Source: Flammeovirgaceae bacterium
Lineage (GTDB): Bacteria > Bacteroidota > Bacteroidia > Cytophagales > Cyclobacteriaceae
DNA: 64,000 nucleotides
Direction of reading: 5' to 3'
NCBI GenBank assembly: GCA_023251155.1
Contig: JAHEZH010000001.1
Coordinates: forward strand, 56,694-120,693
Below the pieces are notes generated by a model. That model worked only from the letters and a program-made list of their open reading frames with translations, was not told the DNA's origin and ran no database searches. Positions 27,425 to 35,566 of this stretch are shown in pieces. Within the stretch, counting starts at the first letter, position 1, and every line of letters begins with the position of its first letter. A program made the translations under genes and the position numbers.

Positions 27425-29596
27425 ATGCGCATCACATGTGTCGTCATTAGTGTATTTATATACTCATCAATATACAGTCAAAATCTTTTCAATGCAGTCG
27501 TAAAAGATAAGACAACATCAGAGCCGCTGCCTGGCGCAACTGCTCTCATTAAAAACTCAACCCTTGGAACAAGCGCAAGTGAAAAAGGACTCATTCAAAT
27601 TCAAAATGTACCCGATGGTCAACAAATCATCGAGGTTCGTTCTGTAGGATATAAAACGGCGGAAATCATTCTTTCTTTTCCGTTAAGTTCTACTGACCCT
27701 ATTGAAATCTCTCTTCAGTCTGCTGGCGAGGAGTTAGAAGAAATCGTTGTGTCATCAACACGAAGCAGCCGAACTATTGCAGATATCCCTACCCGTGTTG
27801 AATTCATTGCTGGTGAGGAACTGGAAGAGAAAGGAAACATGAAGCCTGGAGATATTCGCATGCTCTTAAATGAAAGCACCGGGATTCAAACACAACAAAC
27901 TTCGGCTACCTCGGCCAATGCTTCCATTCGTATTCAAGGTCTGGACGGTCGTTACACTCAGATTCTCAAAGATGGTTTCCCTTTGTATGCGGGATTCTCC
28001 GGAGGCCTCGGATTACTACAGACTCCACCACTTGATTTGAAACAGGTTGAAGTGATCAAAGGATCATCTTCTACCTTGTATGGTGGTGGTGCCATAGCAG
28101 GTCTGGTTAACCTGATCAGCAAGCGGCCAACAGACGAACGTGAACTACGCTTCTTCATTAATGGAACTTCAGCAAAAGGGTTAGATCTGAATGGTTATTA
28201 CGGCCAAAAACTTGGTAAGGTAGGAGTGACCTTGTTTTTAGGGAGAAACAGCAACTCCCTTTATGATCCAGCCAAGATTGATCTCTCGGCAATTCCAAAG
28301 TTTGATCGCTATACTGTTAACCCAAAACTATTCTTTGATCTCAATGATAAGAATAAGCTAGATGTAGGATTGAATTACATCACGGAGAAGCGGATAGGAG
28401 GTGATCTGCTTTACATTGATGGCAAGGGTGATGCAACACACCGTTATTTTGAAAAGAATAACTCAGATCGGTTTTCTACTCAGCTATCATTTACCCATAC
28501 GTTTAACCAAAAGAACAAGCTGAACTTCAAAAATAGTGTCAACCACTTTAAGCGTGTGGTTAATACTCCTGGGTATACATTCGATGGTATACAGAACAGT
28601 ACATTCACTGAACTTAACTATTCATCCAATCTTGAAAACAGCGAATGGATCGGAGGAGCCAATCTATGGACTGATGGATTTTCTGAAACACAAACCACTT
28701 CTACTCCATTTCGTGACTATAGCCAGGTAACGATGGGAGCATTTGTCCAAAACAACTTGAAGCTATCTGAAACCTTCAGGCTTGAATCTGGCCTTAGAGG
28801 CGACTATGTTATTGATTATGGTTTTGCACTGCTTCCAAGGGTATCTCTACTCTTTAAGCCATCATTGGCCTTCTCCTCACGATTGGGCGGTGGGTTAGGG
28901 TATAAAGCTCCAACCATTTTTACAGAAGAAAGTGAACGTATCCAATACCGAAATGTTCTTCCTATATCAAGTTCAACTAATAAACTGGAAAGATCTTATG
29001 GTGGTAACTGGGATTTTAATTACAAGACTTCATTGGCTGGCGGGGAAATCGGATTGAGTATTAATCATCTTTTCTTTTACACTTACCTGAATGATCCCTT
29101 GTCTCTCTCTCCCGTTGCATCGGGCAACTATCAGTTTATTAACCTGACAGGATTTACTGATAGCAAAGGCACTGAAACAAACATTAAAATGGATTATGGA
29201 AATTTTAAATTGTTTCTTGGCTATACATTCACGGATACACGCATTCATAATGATGGCAGTGTGAAGCAGAATCCACTTACAGCAAAGCATCGATTAAATA
29301 ATGTCTTGATGTATGAAATAGAAGAGAAATGGAAAGTAGGACTGGAAGCATATTACTTCAGTCCTCAAAAACTAAGTGATGGTACAACAGGAAAAGAGTA
29401 TTGGATTTGTGGTCTGATGATTGAAAAACTCTGGGAGCATTTTTCTCTTTACGCCAACTTTGAAAATTTTCTGGATACACGCCAAACGAGATTTGATTCC
29501 ATTTATACTGGTTCAATTTCTAATCCTATTTTCAGAGATATTTATGCACCTGTCGATGGATTTGTTGTTAATGCTGGGATAAAAATTAAGCTTTAA
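27425..29596 (+). CDS. TonB-dependent receptor with N-terminal carboxypeptidase-regulatory-like domain
   Basis: 723 aa. Signal peptide; CarbopepD_reg-like segment (VVKDKTTSEPLPGATALIKNS...GYKT); plug (...VEVIKGSSSTLYGGGAIAGLVNLISKRP); long beta-barrel. Confidence 0.9.
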   Translation: MRITCVVISVFIYSSIYSQNLFNAVVKDKTTSEPLPGATALIKNSTLGTSASEKGLIQIQNVPDGQQIIEVRSVGYKTAEIILSFPLSSTDPIEISLQSAGEELEEIVVSSTRSSRTIADIPTRVEFIAGEELEEKGNMKPGDIRMLLNESTGIQTQQTSATSANASIRIQGLDGRYTQILKDGFPLYAGFSGGLGLLQTPPLDLKQVEVIKGSSSTLYGGGAIAGLVNLISKRPTDERELRFFINGTSAKGLDLNGYYGQKLGKVGVTLFLGRNSNSLYDPAKIDLSAIPKFDRYTVNPKLFFDLNDKNKLDVGLNYITEKRIGGDLLYIDGKGDATHRYFEKNNSDRFSTQLSFTHTFNQKNKLNFKNSVNHFKRVVNTPGYTFDGIQNSTFTELNYSSNLENSEWIGGANLWTDGFSETQTTSTPFRDYSQVTMGAFVQNNLKLSETFRLESGLRGDYVIDYGFALLPRVSLLFKPSLAFSSRLGGGLGYKAPTIFTEESERIQYRNVLPISSSTNKLERSYGGNWDFNYKTSLAGGEIGLSINHLFFYTYLNDPLSLSPVASGNYQFINLTGFTDSKGTETNIKMDYGNFKLFLGYTFTDTRIHNDGSVKQNPLTAKHRLNNVLMYEIEEKWKVGLEAYYFSPQKLSDGTTGKEYWICGLMIEKLWEHFSLYANFENFLDTRQTRFDSIYTGSISNPIFRDIYAPVDGFVVNAGIKIKL

Positions 29597-29796
29597 CAAA
29601 CCCTATGGTTTTACTTTAAAGAGAATAAGGTTGGCCAAAGAATGAATAAGTGGCTGAGATTTTCATGACAAGAGACAAAAATCAGCGAAGATTTCTTGTC
29701 TCTGCTTCATACGCACCCTGATAGATAATTTATTTTCATCCTTCATTGTTTCAGAACCAAATCACCGATTATTAAAAAAATTCAGACACAAGGCCA

Positions 29797-29822
29797 ATAA
29801 AAAAGCCCTGATATACAGGGCT
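29797..29822 (-). terminator. rho-independent terminator downstream of tRNA-Leu
   Basis: agccctg (29804-29810) / cagggct (29816-29822) hairpin. On the minus strand it is followed by a T-run (A-run 29799-29803 on the plus strand). Confidence 0.65.
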
Positions 29823-29838
29823 TTGAATTTGATGAGAG

Positions 29839-29924
29839 TACCCGGGGCGGGACTTGAACCCGCACAGATATTACTATCCACAGGATTTTAAGTCCTGCGT
29901 GTCTACCAATTTCACCACCCGGGC
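29839..29924 (-). tRNA. tRNA-Leu (anticodon UAA), long variable arm
   Basis: The minus strand reads gcccgggtggtgaaattggtagacacgcaggacttaaaatcctgtggatagtaatatctgtgcgggttcaagtcccgccccgggta. Anticodon loop is CU-UAA-AA, with a TPsiC arm ggttcaagtcc. The 86-nt length fits a class II tRNA. Confidence 0.9.
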
Positions 29925-29978
29925 AGGTGTGCTATCGCTAAAAACAAGTCGTTTTAGATGGCAATCGTAATGAGAACC

Positions 29979-30012
29979 AAATAAAAAAGTGTGAGACTGA
30001 TCTCACACTTTT
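29979..30012 (-). terminator. rho-independent terminator downstream of tRNA-Gly
   Basis: aaaagtgtgaga (29985-29996) / tctcacactttt (30001-30012) form a 12-bp perfect stem, followed by a T-rich tract on the minus strand. Confidence 0.7.
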
Positions 30013-30045
30013 CACGGTTAACGTGTTACGGTTAACTGAACAACT

Positions 30046-30119
<74 letters not shown>

Positions 30120-30181
30120 TTATTTCTTATCCTTTCGGCTAAGGGAGTGCAAATTTAATGCACCATTCTAAATTTCCAAAT

Positions 30182-30748
30182 TTAAACCTGATCAGTAAAG
30201 TGTCTTCTTTCTCTTTCCTGCTCAAATTTTTTCTGATTATAAGCGGCCGAATTCCCCTTGGGTATAGAAAGTGATTGGAAATCAACGCCTTTCAGGATTT
30301 TGGCCTGGTAAATAATCTGGCCCACATGCATGGGGTAATGGGCCAATTGTCGCTGAATGGCTTCCAAAACAGTCTGCCCTTCATTGCGGATGTAAATGAT
30401 TTTGGAAAGATCCCCGGCATTCAGTGAGTCGAGTGTCTGCAGCAAACAATTCCACCCGGCATGCCACGCCTCCATCATCGCCTTCTTATCCGCATAGCCT
30501 TCTTCAAACTCGGCTTCGCGGTTGCGCCACGGCTTCTCTCCATCGGTGGTGAGGAAGTCCGTCCAGCGTGAAAGCATGTTGCCGCTGAGGTGATGAACAA
30601 TCAGTGCGATGCTATTGCTTTCTTCATTTGGCCTGGCCCGTACCTGTGCCTCATCGAGCTGATCAATGGCTTTCTCTCCCAATGTTTTATAGTATCGGAA
30701 AAGTTTACGGGCACTTTCAAGAAAGTTTTCTTCAGTGGACGGAAGCAT
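30182..30748 (-). CDS. DinB-superfamily protein (DUF1572-like)
   Basis: 188 aa. ...NSIALIVHHLSGNMLSRWTDFLTTDGEKPWRNREAEFE... and a C-terminal H..H pattern (LAHYPMHVGQI). Overlaps the end of the upstream desaturase gene by 17 nt. Confidence 0.7.
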   Translation of the reverse strand: MLPSTEENFLESARKLFRYYKTLGEKAIDQLDEAQVRARPNEESNSIALIVHHLSGNMLSRWTDFLTTDGEKPWRNREAEFEEGYADKKAMMEAWHAGWNCLLQTLDSLNAGDLSKIIYIRNEGQTVLEAIQRQLAHYPMHVGQIIYQAKILKGVDFQSLSIPKGNSAAYNQKKFEQERERRHFTDQV

Positions 30749-31730
30749 TTTCTTCTTCTTCTGCTTTACTGGAAGACGTTACTCCATCTTTGGCTACCGG
30801 CGGGCGCGATGCATCGTATTGCCTGCGCAGCTCCTGTGCATGTTTCCGGTTTTTGGAATACTTGATGTGATCAGGCACTCCCTTCATATCCCAGATAAGG
30901 CCCACCGCCGACATGGCTTTGAGGATGTACCACGTAAAATCAAACTCCCACCAGAAGAAGCCCTGACGTGAAGCAGTTTCATAATAGTGATGGTTGTTAT
31001 GCCAGCCTTCACCCAGTGTAATCAATGCCAGCCAGGGACTGTTTTTTGATTCTTCTCCTGTTTCGTAGCGTTGGCGGCCGAACTTGTGCATGATTGAATT
31101 AATGGAGAACGTACCGTGATACAGAATCACTGTGCTCAAAAAGAAACCAATGAACAGCGTAGAGAACCCTGCGGTAGTAAACATCGCTGTTACGCTTCCA
31201 CCGTTTACCCATCCGCCCAGGGCCATACATACCAGCGCCAGCACCAGTGCGGGCACCATGTGGTATTTATTCAGCCACACCAGCTCCGGATACTTGGCAT
31301 AGTCGCCAATGGTTTTATAGTCGGTCTTTTTAAAATCGGGTCCTACGATCCAGCCAATGTGCGAATACCAGAAGCCGTAGATTTTCATGGAATGCGGATC
31401 AGCAGGAGTATCGCTGTGGCGATGGTGATGACGGTGATGTGCCGCCCACCACAAGGCGCCCTTCTGTGCTGACGTCTGTGACATAAATGCAATTACAAAC
31501 TGAAACCAGCGCGAGGTGGAATACGAGCGGTGAGAGAAGTAACGGTGATAGCCACCGGTTACCCAGAACATACGAATAACATACAATACGCCACACAAAA
31601 TCCAGTCGAAAGTGGTGGCACCTGTGTACAATGCGCCCAATGGTGCAAGGTGTATCAGCGCAAAAGCGATCTCCTGTTTCAGGATGGGCTTGCTGCGTTT
31701 TTCCGGTGTTAGTGATGTTGTCTGATTCAT
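30732..31730 (-). CDS. acyl-CoA / acyl-lipid delta-9-type fatty acid desaturase (membrane)
   Basis: Three histidine boxes (HRYFSH, HRHHHRHSD, HNNHHYY) and four TM segments. I prefer the ATG at 31730 (MNQTTSL...) over 31799. Confidence 0.9.
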   Translation of the reverse strand: MNQTTSLTPEKRSKPILKQEIAFALIHLAPLGALYTGATTFDWILCGVLYVIRMFWVTGGYHRYFSHRSYSTSRWFQFVIAFMSQTSAQKGALWWAAHHRHHHRHSDTPADPHSMKIYGFWYSHIGWIVGPDFKKTDYKTIGDYAKYPELVWLNKYHMVPALVLALVCMALGGWVNGGSVTAMFTTAGFSTLFIGFFLSTVILYHGTFSINSIMHKFGRQRYETGEESKNSPWLALITLGEGWHNNHHYYETASRQGFFWWEFDFTWYILKAMSAVGLIWDMKGVPDHIKYSKNRKHAQELRRQYDASRPPVAKDGVTSSSKAEEEENASVH

Positions 31731-31927
31731 TGACCTTATAATTCTAAAAACCGATACAAAGTTCGGCTGTAAAAATGACAACTCCTCATGATTTATCAAT
31801 TCCTGACGGATGGGGAATTAATAGGTCAATTCATCCTCCTTTTTATGAACGCATGTTAGCTGATGATCTGGCGTTTAGGCACTGTTTATTAATTGAAAAT
31901 TTAGGGTTAACTTGCAGGTCAGTTTAT

Positions 31928-32536
31928 ATGAATCACGCTCAGACCATAACACTTTATCAACCGCTGCTGCAAACCATCGCCTATAACCTGGTGCGCTGCA
32001 AGCAGGATGCGGAAGACATTGTGCAGGAGACATTCGTAAAATGGCTGAGTATCGATCATCAAAAGATTGAGAACACGAAAGCCTACCTCATTCGTGCGGT
32101 CACTAACAATTGCCTCAATCATCTTCAATCGCTTCGCAAGAAGAAAGAACAGTATTTTGATTCGATCAATGTATCGGAGATGATCACCAAATTCAAGGAG
32201 ACGAACCTGTCTCATCTTGACCTGGAAGTAAACCTGAATGCGGCTTTTAAAGTGATGCAGACCAAGCTGGAGCCGCTGGAGCGTGCGGTTTATGTTCTGA
32301 AAGAAGTCTTTGATTTCGACTATGAAGATTTGCAGAAGACGCTTGATAAGAAGAAAGACCACTGCCGCCAGTTATTCTCACGCGCCAAAAAGAAGCTCAG
32401 CGAAGAAACTTCCAAAATCCACTTCGATATGCCTGATACGGCCAGGCTCATGAAAAGTTTCCGTGATGCATGCAGCTTTGGCGATGAGCAAAACCTGGTT
32501 GAAGAACTCAAAAAGGGCATTTCTGCCAACGACTAA
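31928..32536 (+). CDS. ECF-type RNA polymerase sigma factor, SigJ/ECF41-like, with only a stub of the C-terminal extension
   Basis: ATG at 31928 gives 202 aa. Sigma2 region: ...LLQTIAYNLVRCKQDAEDIVQETFVKW...AYLIRAVTNNCLNHL. Sigma4 region: LEPLERAVYVLKEVFDFDYEDLQKTL...CRQLFSRAKKKL. It then ends with ...LMKSFRDACSFGDEQNLVEELKKGISAND-stop. No anti-sigma gene is adjacent. Confidence 0.85.
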   Translation: MNHAQTITLYQPLLQTIAYNLVRCKQDAEDIVQETFVKWLSIDHQKIENTKAYLIRAVTNNCLNHLQSLRKKKEQYFDSINVSEMITKFKETNLSHLDLEVNLNAAFKVMQTKLEPLERAVYVLKEVFDFDYEDLQKTLDKKKDHCRQLFSRAKKKLSEETSKIHFDMPDTARLMKSFRDACSFGDEQNLVEELKKGISAND

Positions 32537-32564
32537 AAATAATTTTCTTTTTCTTGCCTGATTT

Positions 32565-32590
32565 TGTCACAAATCGGAGACGACTTTGTC
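32565..32590 (+). promoter_or_regulatory. candidate ECF41-type promoter (TGTCACA-N15-TGTC)
   Basis: TGTCACA at 32565-32571 and TGTC at 32587-32590. This is close to the ECF41 target consensus, recalled from memory as TGTCACA-N16-CGTC. Lies between the sigma gene stop (32536) and the desaturase ATG (32657). Confidence 0.35.
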
Positions 32591-32602
32591 TTACAGTTAA
32601 TG

Positions 32603-32627
32603 AGCCCGAAAAACCGGGCTGTTTTTT
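32603..32627 (+). terminator. intrinsic-terminator-like hairpin in the leader of the second desaturase gene
   Basis: agcccg (32603-32608), loop aaaaac, cgggct (32615-32620), then g + tttttt (32622-32627). It ends 30 nt before the ATG at 32657. Confidence 0.55.
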
Positions 32628-32656
32628 AAACTAAACAAAGTAATCTCGTTTCAATC

Positions 32657-33427
32657 ATGCTTGTCATTCTGGCTTTTTTCGTTGCCCACTGGTACCTGTC
32701 GCTGTTCTTCCAGACGTTCTTTCTGCACAGATATGCTTCACACAAGGCTTTCACCATGAGCCCATTTGTAGAAAAAGTGTTTTATGTACTTACCTGGATT
32801 TTTCAGGGCTCTAATTACTTAAGCCCTTACGGATACGGAGTAATGCACCGCATGCACCACGCTTTCGCGGATACTGAAAACGATCCTCATTCACCCAAAT
32901 ACGATGAGACCATCTGGAATATGATGTGGAAGACAAAAACCATCTATTCGGATATCTCTAATAAGATTCTTGTTCCTGAAAAACGCTTCACCGAAGGTGT
33001 TCCTAACTGGGAAGCGTTTGATAAATTTGCCCGCTCATGGCCGTCACGCCTGTTCTGGGGTATCTGCTACGTAACCATGTATGCCGTGTTTGCCACGCAC
33101 TGGTGGTTATGGCTACTGTTACCTATCCACTTTTTGATGAGCCCTATTCACGGAGCCATCATCAACTGGTTTGCTCACAAGTACGGCTACAGAAACTTTG
33201 AAGTAGGCGATACTTCGATGAATTTTCTTCCCGTAGATTTTCTGATGATGGGCGAAAGCTATCACAACAATCACCACAAACACGGTTCACGTGCCAACTT
33301 TGGAGGTATCCGCTGGCATGAAATCGATCCTACTTACATTGTCATCAAAGTACTGGATAAGTTGAATATCATTCAGATCGTAAAACGTAAGGAGATATCC
33401 ATCGAGCCAATGAAGAAAGCTGCTTAG
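32657..33427 (+). CDS. short membrane fatty acid desaturase (delta-9 family)
   Basis: 256 aa with histidine boxes HRYASH, HRMHHAFAD and HNNHHKH, plus hydrophobic segments. Confidence 0.88.
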   Translation: MLVILAFFVAHWYLSLFFQTFFLHRYASHKAFTMSPFVEKVFYVLTWIFQGSNYLSPYGYGVMHRMHHAFADTENDPHSPKYDETIWNMMWKTKTIYSDISNKILVPEKRFTEGVPNWEAFDKFARSWPSRLFWGICYVTMYAVFATHWWLWLLLPIHFLMSPIHGAIINWFAHKYGYRNFEVGDTSMNFLPVDFLMMGESYHNNHHKHGSRANFGGIRWHEIDPTYIVIKVLDKLNIIQIVKRKEISIEPMKKAA

Positions 33428-33451
33428 TTAAGTAGTTTTAAATAGAGGTTA

Positions 33452-33492
33452 ATCGCCCCGTTGCACCAGATGTAGCGGGGCGATTTTTTTTA
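33452..33492 (+). terminator. rho-independent terminator after the second desaturase
   Basis: atcgccccg (33452-33460) / cggggcgat (33476-33484) followed by tttttttt. Confidence 0.8.
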
Positions 33493-33537
33493 TTGATATA
33501 TTTACAGTCATTATCATTTTATAATCACACCATTCAT

Positions 33538-34806
33538 TTGACTTTTCTCGATTTTAATTTTGATTCCAAACTGCAGGATGGCCTGGAGTCGATGGGATAC
33601 ACCAAGCCAACGCCCATTCAGCAGCAGGCCATACCCGTAATACTCAGTGGCAGAGATGTCATTGCCTGTGCACAAACCGGTACGGGCAAAACGGCAGCAT
33701 ACATTCTGCCGGTAATCAACAAGATGATGGCTTCCGATCACCGGCACCTGAACACACTGGTGATTGCACCCACCCGCGAACTGGCTCAGCAGATCGACCA
33801 GCAGATTGAAGGGTTTGCCTACTTCACCGGAGTGAGTTCTATTCCCATCTACGGCGGTGGTGACGGGGCCGCGTGGGACCAGCAAAGGAAAGCCCTGGAG
33901 TTTGGTGCTGATATCATCATTGCCACGCCCGGCCGGTTGATTGCCTTGCTTGCAGCGGGCACGATCAACCTGACACACCTGCAACATCTGATTCTGGATG
34001 AAGCCGACCGCATGCTGGACATGGGTTTTTATGATGACATCGTTCGGATCATCAGCTATTTGCCCAAAGAAAGACAAACCTTGTTTTTCTCGGCTACTAT
34101 GCCTCCTAAAATCAGAACACTGGCTAATAAAATTCTTACTAATCCGGAGGAAATCAATATCGCCATTGCCAAACCCGCAGCAGGAATTGTACAGCAAGCC
34201 TACGTGGTATTTGAAGAACAAAAGGGTGCATTGCTCAAACACGTACTGAAAACCACCCAATGGAACAGTGCCATCATTTTCTCCTCCACCAAAGAGATGG
34301 TGAAGAAGCTGGATGGATCTTTTCAGCGTTCGGGCCTACCTGCCCGTGCTTTCCATTCCGATCTTGATCAACAGGAGCGTGAAGAGATACTGCGTGGATT
34401 CAAAAACAAACAGATCAGCATTCTCATTGGCACCGATGTGCTCTCACGTGGTATTGATGTGGAAGGCATCAGTCTGGTCATTAACTGGGATGTGCCTCCT
34501 GATCCGGAAGATTATGTTCACCGCATAGGAAGAACGGCACGGGCAGAAACCACGGGCACCGCAATCACTTTTATCAATGAAAAAGACCAGCGCAGGTTCT
34601 TTAGTATAGAGCGGTTGATTGATAGTGTTATTCCCAAACTTCCGTTGCCGGAAGGGCTTGGTGCAGGGCCGGCTTATGAGCCCGAAGCCAAAAAGAAAAC
34701 GACATTCAAAAGTGGCGGAAGCAATGGCGGCAAAAAACCGTTCAAGAAACGATTCAATAACAACAGGAATAAGCCAGGTGGTAATCATCCTAAGCCGGCA
34801 CAATAG
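33538..34806 (+). CDS. DEAD-box ATP-dependent RNA helicase with basic C-terminal tail
   Basis: Q-motif ...GYTKPTPIQQQAIP, AQTGTGKT, DEAD, SAT, HRIGRTARA, and a Gly/Lys/Asn-rich tail. The likely start is the TTG at 33538 (M-TFLDFNFDSKL), because the TTG at 33493 lies inside the upstream terminator T-run. Confidence 0.9.
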   Translation: MTFLDFNFDSKLQDGLESMGYTKPTPIQQQAIPVILSGRDVIACAQTGTGKTAAYILPVINKMMASDHRHLNTLVIAPTRELAQQIDQQIEGFAYFTGVSSIPIYGGGDGAAWDQQRKALEFGADIIIATPGRLIALLAAGTINLTHLQHLILDEADRMLDMGFYDDIVRIISYLPKERQTLFFSATMPPKIRTLANKILTNPEEINIAIAKPAAGIVQQAYVVFEEQKGALLKHVLKTTQWNSAIIFSSTKEMVKKLDGSFQRSGLPARAFHSDLDQQEREEILRGFKNKQISILIGTDVLSRGIDVEGISLVINWDVPPDPEDYVHRIGRTARAETTGTAITFINEKDQRRFFSIERLIDSVIPKLPLPEGLGAGPAYEPEAKKKTTFKSGGSNGGKKPFKKRFNNNRNKPGGNHPKPAQ

Positions 34807-34820
34807 AAGTACTTGTTACT

Positions 34821-34852
34821 AAAAAAGCCCCTTGAATCAAGGGGCCTTTTTT
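34821..34852. terminator. bidirectional terminator between convergent genes
   Basis: aaaaaa-gcccctt (34827-34833), loop gaatc, aaggggc (34839-34845), then c-tttttt. Confidence 0.8.
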
Positions 34853-34870
34853 ATGATTTTGAGATGAAAG

Positions 34871-35503
34871 TTATTTTTTCTCGACTGCTTTATCCGCTAC
34901 TACCCCTTCAAGTACATCTTTTATTTCTACACGTTGTCCGTCTCTGTAGGGCACGATCCAGGCATCTTTCACACCCATGTCGCGCATGTATTTTTTAAAT
35001 GTATCCGCCTCCCAGTAGTCGCGGAATATACCGATGGTGATTTGCTGAGGGCCGCCATCTTTGGCTTCGCCACCGAAGTTAGGGTTGTTATCGAAATACT
35101 TAGCCAGGTCTTTATTCTTGAAAGCGCCTACCTGCACTTTAAACACTACCCCCTTCGAAAAGTCCATCGGGTTCACCACAGGAGCTGCTTTCAGTTGAGC
35201 TAACTCTGTTTTCACCGCAGTCAACTCACTTCTAAGGCGTGCCAGCTGATCTTCCAGTTCAGCAATCTTTGCATTTTTATCACTTACGGTAGATTTTAAT
35301 CCCGTGATCTCAGTGCTTTGCGTAGTTACCGTGTTGTCAGCTACCTGTTTGTCTTCTGTAAGGGTCTTCAGTGAGGCAGGGTTCTTCTTGAATTCTTTTG
35401 CTTTCCTTTTCCATTCCTTCTTCTCCGCTTTTGAAAGCTGAGCGAAAACCTGTGTGCCGGAAAAAATCAGAGCCAGGCAGAGAAATAATACTCTAGTCTT
35501 CAT
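34871..35503 (-). CDS. secreted coiled-coil protein with C-terminal SPOR-like domain
   Basis: Signal peptide MKTRVLFLCLALIFSGTQVFAQ; a coiled-coil (IAELEDQLARLRSELTAVKTELAQLK); a C-terminal VVFKVQVGAFKNKDLAKYF... beta-alpha-beta pattern as in SPOR domains. Confidence 0.55.
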   Translation of the reverse strand: MKTRVLFLCLALIFSGTQVFAQLSKAEKKEWKRKAKEFKKNPASLKTLTEDKQVADNTVTTQSTEITGLKSTVSDKNAKIAELEDQLARLRSELTAVKTELAQLKAAPVVNPMDFSKGVVFKVQVGAFKNKDLAKYFDNNPNFGGEAKDGGPQQITIGIFRDYWEADTFKKYMRDMGVKDAWIVPYRDGQRVEIKDVLEGVVADKAVEKK

Positions 35504-35566
35504 TTAATATGGGTTTAATAAATAAAAGTAATAAAAAAATTGGAATACGATCACACGCACGTTGGC

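Noticed and set aside
29671-29703. 8-bp inverted repeat agagacaa / ttgtctct with a 17-nt loop downstream of the TonB-dependent receptor gene
   Set aside because: The stem is weak, the loop is large and there is no T-run, so I do not call it a terminator.
30014-30036. Direct repeat acggttaac (30014-30022 and 30028-30036, 14-nt period) between tRNA-Gly and its terminator
   Set aside because: It is short (9 nt) and contains the palindrome gttaac, and there is no obvious function. It is probably part of the tRNA 3' trailer.
33493-33537. TTG start at 33493 for the helicase, as given in the ORF track
   Set aside because: It lies within the T-run of the upstream terminator and adds a non-conserved leader (MIYLQSLSFYNHTIH). 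The TTG at 33538 gives a typical DEAD-box N-terminus, but the start remains unverified.
33514-34260. 248-aa ORF antisense to the DEAD-box helicase gene
   Set aside because: It is embedded in a gene with all the helicase motifs on the other strand. It shows no family resemblance and is probably a shadow ORF.
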